47,473 bases of DNA from a virus. Lineage: Duplodnaviria; Heunggongvirae; Uroviricota; Caudoviricetes. A program made the position numbers and the translations under genes. Below the pieces are notes generated by a model that did not search any database, had not been told where the DNA came from, and saw nothing but the letters and a program-made list of their open reading frames with translations. Location of the stretch: the IMG/VR virus record IMGVR_UViG_2585427964_000002. The stretch is one strand, 5' to 3'. Positions 40,676 through 47,473 of this stretch are shown here, one piece after another (position 1 is the stretch's first letter; the number at the start of each line of letters is the position of its first letter).

Positions 40676-42601
40676 ATGGCAGTACGGATTTCAGGTGTAC
40701 TGAAAGATGGCGCAGGTAAGCCGATACAAAACTGCACCATTCAGCTAAAGGCCAGGCGCAACAGCACCACGGTGGTGGTGAACACGCTGGCCTCAGAAAA
40801 CCCGGATGAAGCCGGGCGTTACAGCATGGACGTTGAGTACGGGCAGTACAGCGTTATTCTGTTGGTGGAAGGATTCCCGCCGTCACATGCCGGGACCATC
40901 ACCGTGTATGAAGATTCTCAACCCGGTACGCTGAATGATTTTCTCGGTGCCATGACGGAGGATGATGCCCGTCCGGAGGCACTGCGCCGTTTTGAACAGA
41001 TGGTGGAAGAGGTGGCGCGTAACGCGTCCGTGGTGGCACAGAACACGGCAGCCGCGAAGAAGTCAGCCAGTGATGCCGGCACATCTGCCCGTGAGGCGGC
41101 AACCCATGCGACTGATGCTGCAGATTCAGCACGTGCAGCCAGCACGTCAGCCGGACAGGCCGCGTCGTCGGCTCAGTCAGCGTCTTCCAGCGCAGGAACG
41201 GCATCAACAAAGGCCACTGAAGCGGAAAAAAGTGCTGCCGCTGCAGAGTCCTCAAAAAGCGCGGCAGCTACCAGTGCCGCTGCCGCGAAAACGTCAGAAA
41301 CGAATGCCGCAGCGTCACAACAATCAGCCGCCACTTCTGCATCCACCGCGACCACGAAAGCGTCAGAAGCTGCCACCTCAGCCCGGGATGCGGCGGCTTC
41401 AAAAGAGGCGGCAAAATCATCAGAAACGAACGCATCCTCGAGCGCCAGTAGCGCAGCTTCCTCGGCAACGGCGGCAGCAAATTCCGCGAAGGCGGCAAAA
41501 ACGTCCGAGACGAACGCCAGGTCTTCTGAGACGGCAGCGGGACAGAGCGCCTCAGCTGCGGCAGGCTCAAAAACAGCGGCTGCGTCGTCTGCCAGTGCCG
41601 CGTCAACAAGTGCCGGGCAGGCCTCAGCCAGTGCCACCGCTGCCGGAAAATCGGCAGAAAGCGCCGCATCGTCCGCTTCAACAGCCACAACGAAGGCTGG
41701 CGAAGCCACTGAGCAGGCCACGGCAGCAGCGAGGTCTGCTTCCGCAGCGAAGACATCCGAGACGAACGCGAAAGCGTCGGAAACCAGCGCAGAATCCTCA
41801 AAAACGGCTGCCGCATCGTCCGCCAGTTCGGCGGCGTCATCGGCATCATCTGCGTCTGCTTCAAAAGATGAGGCGACCAGACAGGCGTCAGCAGCAAAGG
41901 GCAGCGCCACGACGGCATCCACGAAGGCGACAGAGGCAGCTGGCAGTGCGACGGCGGCAGCTCAGAGCAAAAGTACGGCGGAATCCGCGGCAACGCGCGC
42001 CGAGACAGCGGCAAAACGGGCAGAGGATATTGCATCCGCCGTGGCGCTTGAGGATGCGAGCACGACGAAAAAGGGGATAGTACAGCTCAGCAGTGCGACT
42101 AACAGCACTTCCGAGTCACTGGCGGCAACGCCAAAAGCCGTTAAGGCCGCGTATGAGCTGGCTAACGGGAAATACACCGCACAGGATGCAACGACAGCAC
42201 AGAAAGGGATAGTTCAGCTCAGCAGCGCGACCAACAGCACATCTGAAATGCTGGCGGCAACGCCAAAGTCGGTAAAGGCAGCCTATGACCTTGCTAACGG
42301 GAAATATACTGCTCAGGACGCTACGACAGCACAAAAAGGAATTGTCCAGCTCAGTAGTGCAACCAACAGCGCATCTGAAACGCTTGCCGCGACACCGAAA
42401 GCAGTGAAAGCAGCTAATGATAATGCGAATGGTCGGGTACCTTCTGCCCGAAAGGTGAATGGTAAGGCGCTTTCAGCGGATATAACACTGACGCCGAAAG
42501 ATATTGGTACGCTTAACTCAACAACAATGTCATTCAGCGGTGGTGCTGGTTGGTTCAAATTAGCAACGGTAACCATGCCACAGGCGAGTTCTGTTGTTTA
42601 A
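40676..42601 (+). CDS. stf: Side tail fiber protein, N-terminal/shaft portion, ended by an in-frame TAA
   Basis: 641 aa with a conserved N-terminus and long Ala/Ser/Thr-rich shaft containing tandem 43-residue repeats. TAA at 42599-42601 is followed in the same frame by the distal-domain ORF. Confidence 0.7.
   Translation: MAVRISGVLKDGAGKPIQNCTIQLKARRNSTTVVVNTLASENPDEAGRYSMDVEYGQYSVILLVEGFPPSHAGTITVYEDSQPGTLNDFLGAMTEDDARPEALRRFEQMVEEVARNASVVAQNTAAAKKSASDAGTSAREAATHATDAADSARAASTSAGQAASSAQSASSSAGTASTKATEAEKSAAAAESSKSAAATSAAAAKTSETNAAASQQSAATSASTATTKASEAATSARDAAASKEAAKSSETNASSSASSAASSATAAANSAKAAKTSETNARSSETAAGQSASAAAGSKTAAASSASAASTSAGQASASATAAGKSAESAASSASTATTKAGEATEQATAAARSASAAKTSETNAKASETSAESSKTAAASSASSAASSASSASASKDEATRQASAAKGSATTASTKATEAAGSATAAAQSKSTAESAATRAETAAKRAEDIASAVALEDASTTKKGIVQLSSATNSTSESLAATPKAVKAAYELANGKYTAQDATTAQKGIVQLSSATNSTSEMLAATPKSVKAAYDLANGKYTAQDATTAQKGIVQLSSATNSASETLAATPKAVKAANDNANGRVPSARKVNGKALSADITLTPKDIGTLNSTTMSFSGGAGWFKLATVTMPQASSVV
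42064..42420 (+). repeat. Tandem near-identical 129-bp (43-codon) repeats within stf, about 3 copies
   Basis: Repeated KGIVQLSSATNSTSE(S/M/T)LAATPK(A/S)VKAAY(E/D)LANGKYTAQDATTAQ units read in the translation and DNA. Confidence 0.7.
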
Positions 42602-43591
42602 ATTACGTTGATTGGTGGCGCGGGATTTAACGTGGGGTCACCTCAACAGGCAGGTATATCTGAACTTGTTTTGCGTGCAGGTAATGGTAATCCGAAGGGG
42701 ATTACTGGTGCTTTATGGCAGCGCACATCGACAGGGTTTACAAATTTTGCCTGGGTCAATACATCTGGTGATACTTACGATATTTACGTTGCAATCGGAA
42801 ATTATGCGACTGGTGTAAATATTCAATGGGATTATACCAGTAATGCCAGCGTGACTATTCATACGTCACCAGCATATTCTGCTAATAAGCCGGAAGGGTT
42901 AACGGACGGTACAGTTTATTCACTCTATACGCCATCAGAGCAGTTTTATCCGCCTGGCGCACCAATCCCGTGGCCATCAGATACCGTTCCGTCTGGTTAT
43001 GCCCTGATGCAGGGGCAGACTTTTGACAAATCCGCTTACCCGAAACTTGCAACCGCTTATCCGTCAGGCGTGATCCCTGATATGCGTGGCTGGACGATTA
43101 AGGGCAAACCTGCCAGTGGTCGGGCCGTATTGTCTCAGGAACAGGACGGCATTAAATCGCACACCCACAGCGCCAGTGCATCCAGTACGGATTTGGGGAC
43201 GAAAACCACATCGTCGTTTGATTACGGCACTAAATCCACGAATAACACCGGGGCGCATACGCACAGTGTGAGCGGTACAGCCGCAAGTGCCGGAAACCAT
43301 ACTCATAGTGTCACAGGCGCATCAGCAGTCAGCCAGTGGTCACAAAATGGGTCAGTACATAAGGTAGTGTCTGCGGCCAGTGTGAATACAAGTGCTGCAG
43401 GAGCGCACACTCATAGTGTCAGCGGCACAGCTGCATCTGCAGGTGCTCACGCACATACTGTCGGTATTGGTGCTCATACGCACTCTGTTGCGATTGGCTC
43501 ACATGGACACACCATCACCGTTAACGCTGCTGGTAACGCGGAAAACACTGTCAAAAACATCGCATTTAACTACATTGTGAGGCTTGCATAA
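42602..43591 (+). CDS. Side tail fiber distal (receptor-binding) portion, separated from the shaft ORF by a stop codon
   Basis: ORF in the same frame as stf, starting right after TAA ([12 protein letters not shown]...). His-rich HTHS(V) repeat region typical of lambda/T-even distal fiber domains. Followed by tfa. Confidence 0.6.
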   Translation: MTLIGGAGFNVGSPQQAGISELVLRAGNGNPKGITGALWQRTSTGFTNFAWVNTSGDTYDIYVAIGNYATGVNIQWDYTSNASVTIHTSPAYSANKPEGLTDGTVYSLYTPSEQFYPPGAPIPWPSDTVPSGYALMQGQTFDKSAYPKLATAYPSGVIPDMRGWTIKGKPASGRAVLSQEQDGIKSHTHSASASSTDLGTKTTSSFDYGTKSTNNTGAHTHSVSGTAASAGNHTHSVTGASAVSQWSQNGSVHKVVSAASVNTSAAGAHTHSVSGTAASAGAHAHTVGIGAHTHSVAIGSHGHTITVNAAGNAENTVKNIAFNYIVRLA

Positions 43592-44166
43592 TGGCATTCA
43601 GAATGAGTGAACAACCACGGACCATAAAAATTTATAATCTGCTGGCAGGAACTAATGAATTTATTGGTGAAGGTGACGCATATATTCCGCCTCATACAGG
43701 TCTGCCAGCAAACAGTTCCTATATTGCACCGCCAGATATTCCGGCTGGCTTCGTGGCTGTTTTCAACAGTGATGAGGCATCGTGGCATCTCGTTGAAGAT
43801 CATCGGGGTAAAACCGTCTATGACGTGGCTTCCGGCGACGCGTTATTTATTTCTGAACTTGGCCCATTACCGGAAAATGTCACCTGGTTATCCCCGGAAG
43901 GGGAGTTTCAGAAGTGGAACGGCACAGCCTGGGTGAAGGATACGGAAGCAGAAAAACTGTTCCGGATCCGGGAGGCGGAAGAAACAAAAAACAACCTGAT
44001 GCAGGTAGCCAGTGAGCATATTGCGCCGCTTCAGGATGCTGCAGATCTGGAAATTGCAACGGAGGAAGAAATCTCGTTGCTGGAAGCATGGAAAAAGTAT
44101 CGGGTATTGCTGAACCGTGTTGATACGTCAACTGCACAGGATATTGAATGGCCAGCACTGCCGTAG
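43591..44166 (+). CDS. tfa: Tail fiber assembly protein Tfa
   Basis: 191 aa directly downstream of the distal fiber ORF; Tfa-family-like C-terminus. Confidence 0.8.
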   Translation: MAFRMSEQPRTIKIYNLLAGTNEFIGEGDAYIPPHTGLPANSSYIAPPDIPAGFVAVFNSDEASWHLVEDHRGKTVYDVASGDALFISELGPLPENVTWLSPEGEFQKWNGTAWVKDTEAEKLFRIREAEETKNNLMQVASEHIAPLQDAADLEIATEEEISLLEAWKKYRVLLNRVDTSTAQDIEWPALP

Positions 44167-44263
44167 GGTAAAACATATAAATTCTATAATTAGATGTATC
44201 TTTCCATTTACGGCAAGGAAGGGGGCTTGGAAGACGTAAAGCATCTCACACCGAGATTATTTT

Positions 44264-44854
44264 TTATATGTCAGGTGTCTGAAGTTTTGCTTTGGCTCTT
44301 AAAATGGTTTGCCGCGAGGTTTTGAATTCCCGGGCAATGGCACTTATACTTACACCTGACTTAATTCGTTCGAATACCACCTGTTTCTGTTCTTCATTTA
44401 ACACAGGTGGTCGACCAAAACGTTTCCCTGCGCCGCGGGCTCTTACTATCCCGGAATGAGTGCGTTCAAGTAAAAGGTCTCGTTCAAATTCAGCGACTGC
44501 TGAAATTACTTGCATCATCATTTTTCCTGTTGGACTGGTCAGGTCAATGCCCCCCAATGCTAAGCAATGCACTCTGATACCTGTTTCGGTCAGTTGTTCC
44601 ACTGTTTTCCTGATATCCATTGCATTACAACCAAGGCGATCCAGTTTTGTCACAATCAATTGATCACCACATTTCAGGCGAGCAAGCAACCGGTTAAAAC
44701 CAGGACGCTCACTGGTTGCTGCTGAGCCGCTAATGTGTTCTTCGATTATTTGCTGAGGTTTGATTTTAAAACCTGCACTTTCGATTTCCCGGCGTTGATT
44801 TTCGGTGGTCTGATCCAGCGTTGATATCCGACAGTAAGCAAAAATTCGAGACAT
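44264..44854 (-). CDS. pinQ: Serine recombinase / DNA invertase (PinQ/PinR-like)
   Basis: 196 aa with N-terminal catalytic region (YCRISTLDQ...; Ser-recombinase motifs) and C-terminal HTH; matches the recalled 196-aa PinQ/PinR class. Confidence 0.85.
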
Positions 44855-45170
44855 AGTGAGATTCTATACGAAATTGGTGTTCATATCATAATGCATCTCA
44901 GAAAATAATTTTGATTATTTTTGTACATATTTGTATGTACACGTTCGAAAATAAACGAATGCGTATGCAACCCCGTAATTTTGGTGAGACCCAAAATCGA
45001 TTTTGTGAAAAATGGCTTTAACTCGGTTTGTTTTTCGAGTTCCGGGCGGACTCAAGGAAGAAGAATAGTGTTGCGTGTTATTTTAACCAGATTTCAAGTT
45101 GTTTGGTCGTGGAAAAGTGGAGCAAAATGTTGTTAAAGTGGAAAAATGATAAAAAAGTAAGTTTATTATA

Positions 45171-45404
45171 TTACATTTTACCATTTAAATTTTGGTTGTC
45201 TTTAAGAACTGATATCGCTGTTTGTAATAATTCTTTGTTATCCAGCCATGATTTTTTCTTTATGTTTCCTTCAATGTAATCAAGCAATGTTCTGGTATTG
45301 ATAGGTCTTCCCTGTTTTGCTACTTCCACTACAGCATCCCCTAGGATAATTCTTACTTCAGGAAGCTGCGCAGGGAACCACTTTAGGGTGTCTTTTGATT
45401 TCAT
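45171..45404 (-). CDS. ydfK: YdfK/YnaE-like small protein
   Basis: Internal Met start (MKSKDTLKWFPAQLPEVRIILGDAVVEVAK...) of the 88-aa track ORF; adjacent to pin and the ydfJ junction as in K-12 (from memory). Confidence 0.55.
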   Translation of the reverse strand: MKSKDTLKWFPAQLPEVRIILGDAVVEVAKQGRPINTRTLLDYIEGNIKKKSWLDNKELLQTAISVLKDNQNLNGKM

Positions 45405-46189
45405 GAAGATATTCCTTAAAATATTATTGATTTTCATTGCGATATTGTATGTCTGATTCAGGATATGTTGGCTTATACATCGGTTTTGTCTGGGTTATTG
45501 GATATGCCAATCCCTAATTTTATTAGGGCATGACTAAAAATGCTGAATATGATAAGGAGAGAAGTGATTATCAGTATGCTGTTCATATAGCCTCGAATTA
45601 GTAATGTGTTATATATGATATAGTTGACAATTTTTATCTTGGGTGTTCTTAAAGTTCGTAGATAAACATTGTCGTTTCAGGTATACAGGAATGCTAACAG
45701 GTGGCAGCAAAAATCAGGCGGTTTATGGCGCAAGCTGAAGCGGCAACTGCAAACTATCTTATGCAGAGACTCTACACGGATTGGGTTTAAAAGTATACAT
45801 AGATAACAGTTTTTATCTGAAGAAGAAAAATATCAAGGTGATATAGCCTATATGCCTTTGATGCGGAGGAATGAATGTGATGGGAGTGATGTATCTGAAT
45901 AGTTGAAAAACCGCAGACACGCCTTATGCAAGAACGTGCTGCGGTTGGCTGGTAAATTTTTCGATAGTGTGAGTATTGAATGATTTCCAGCCGTTCTTGA
46001 TTTTACGCATAAATCCATGAAAAAACTACTTATCTGTTGGGGAGTTTTTTTGGGGCATATATGGGACAGAAATAGGCCCCAGATAGACACTGAGATCGAA
46101 CTTAGGATGCTTTTTAAAAAATGCAACTATCTGAAAAAACCTAGAAAACGCCAAGGAAACCACAGGATGGGAAAAAACACCTGTGAATT

Positions 46190-47473
46190 ATGGATTTCCA
46201 GTTATATTCGCTCGGCGCAGCGTTGGTGTTTCATGAAATATTTTTTCCTGAATCATCAACGGCAATGGCGTTAATTTTGGCAATGGGAACCTACGGTGCA
46301 GGTTATGTGGCGCGTATTGTCGGAGCATTTATTTTCGGCAAAATGGGCGACAGAATAGGGCGTAAAAAAGTGCTCTTTATTACCATCACCATGATGGGGA
46401 TCTGTACCACCTTAATTGGTGTGTTACCGACCTATGCACAGATTGGTGTTTTTGCCCCCATCTTGCTGGTGACGCTGCGTATTATTCAGGGGTTGGGTGC
46501 AGGTGCGGAAATTTCCGGTGCCGGTACGATGCTGGCGGAATATGCACCAAAAGGTAAGCGCGGAATTATCTCCTCATTTGTAGCTATGGGAACTAACTGC
46601 GGAACCTTGAGCGCAACGGCAATCTGGGCCTTTATGTTCTTCATTCTCAGTAAAGAGGAACTGCTGGCGTGGGGATGGCGTATACCGTTCCTGGCGAGCG
46701 TTGTCGTGATGGTCTTTGCTATCTGGTTACGTATGAATCTGAAAGAAAGCCCGGTCTTTGAGAAGGTTAATGACAGCAACCAACCCACAGCAAAACCTGC
46801 ACCTGCTGGTAGCATGTTCCAGAGCAAATCCTTCTGGCTGGCAACAGGGCTGCGTTTTGGTCAGGCGGGTAACTCCGGGTTAATTCAGACTTTCCTTGCA
46901 GGCTATTTAGTGCAGACGTTATTGTTTAACAAAGCAATTCCAACAGATGCATTGATGATTAGTTCGATTCTCGGCTTTATGACCATTCCGTTCCTTGGTT
47001 GGTTATCCGATAAAATTGGTCGCCGGATCCCGTATATTATTATGAATACCTCCGCGATTGTGCTGGCATGGCCAATGCTTTCTATCATTGTAGATAAAAG
47101 CTATGCCCCGAGCACCATTATGGTTGCACTGATTGTGATTCATAACTGTGCGGTGCTGGGATTATTTGCTCTGGAAAACATTACCATGGCAGAAATGTTC
47201 GGCTGTAAAAACCGCTTTACCCGGATGGCTATTTCTAAAGAAATTGGTGGTCTTATCGCTTCCGGTTTTGGTCCTATCCTGGCGGGTATTTTCTGCACCA
47301 TGACGGAATCCTGGTATCCGATCGCCATTATGATCATGGCATATTCAGTAATTGGTATAATCTCTGCGCTGAAAATGCCAGAGGTGAAAGACCGTGATTT
47401 AAGTGCGCTGGAAGACGCTGCGGAAGATCAACCGCGTGTTGTAAGAGCTGCGCAACCTTCCAGAAGTCTGTAA
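46190..47473 (+). CDS. ydfJ: MFS transporter, N-terminally truncated host gene (ydfJ-like) at the prophage junction
   Basis: 427 aa of multi-TM hydrophobic protein with MFS motif GKMGDRIGRKK. Only one TM helix precedes that motif, so TM1 is missing, consistent with 5' truncation by prophage integration. Confidence 0.8.
   Translation: MDFQLYSLGAALVFHEIFFPESSTAMALILAMGTYGAGYVARIVGAFIFGKMGDRIGRKKVLFITITMMGICTTLIGVLPTYAQIGVFAPILLVTLRIIQGLGAGAEISGAGTMLAEYAPKGKRGIISSFVAMGTNCGTLSATAIWAFMFFILSKEELLAWGWRIPFLASVVVMVFAIWLRMNLKESPVFEKVNDSNQPTAKPAPAGSMFQSKSFWLATGLRFGQAGNSGLIQTFLAGYLVQTLLFNKAIPTDALMISSILGFMTIPFLGWLSDKIGRRIPYIIMNTSAIVLAWPMLSIIVDKSYAPSTIMVALIVIHNCAVLGLFALENITMAEMFGCKNRFTRMAISKEIGGLIASGFGPILAGIFCTMTESWYPIAIMIMAYSVIGIISALKMPEVKDRDLSALEDAAEDQPRVVRAAQPSRSL

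Noticed and set aside
40899-42177. Multiple long ORFs on both strands overlapping the stf shaft region (for example 41173-41922 minus, 40962-42080 plus, 41268-42035 minus)
   Set aside because: They are frame artefacts of the GC-rich, Ala/Ser-codon-rich repetitive stf sequence. Translations are extreme low complexity (poly-Ala/Asp or Arg/Pro/Gln-rich) and they lie wholly inside a well-supported gene.
42500-44300. Invertible tail-fiber segment with gix/hix-like sites
   Set aside because: No convincing inverted pair of about 26-bp crossover sites and no inverted alternative tfa or fiber cassette found; only weak partial matches.
45848-46274. ORFs 45848-46126 (minus) and 46017-46274 (plus) at the prophage/host junction
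   Set aside because: AT-rich junction sequence with low-complexity translations and no start signals. The plus-strand one is out of frame with, and overlaps, the truncated transporter gene.

Overview
The window is almost entirely one lambdoid prophage of the Qin/DLP12 type from an Escherichia/Shigella-like host, apparently complete in gene content but interrupted by an IS2 in the late operon and an in-frame stop in the side tail fiber gene. Reading left to right: integrase and excisionase (minus strand), a large exonuclease-family protein, the dicB division-inhibition operon (ydfD, dicB, a DicF-like sRNA, ydfA, a ydfB/ydfC-like ORF), the dicA/dicC immunity switch, a replication gene, an AT-rich cargo island, rem, ydfU-like, rusA, antiterminator Q, two tRNAs, a second cargo region, a phage-21-type lysis cassette, csp/ynfN/gnsB morons, an IS2, then a lambda-like packaging, head and tail module through J, lom, stf/tfa, pinQ, ydfK and an N-terminally truncated host MFS transporter gene (ydfJ-like) marking the right junction. 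The most interesting candidate is the AT-rich island at about 8.6-10.4 kb: a standalone SIR2-like gene sits where K-12 Qin carries relBE (gene order recalled from memory), followed by a perfect palindrome, a 35-codon membrane-peptide ORF with a strong Shine-Dalgarno, and hokD. A second candidate is a pair of outer-membrane lipoproteins with TolA C-terminal-like domains just upstream of the lysis genes. All calls rest on reading the sequence and on recalled family knowledge; no searches were run, and coordinates of non-ORF features may be off by 1-2 nt.
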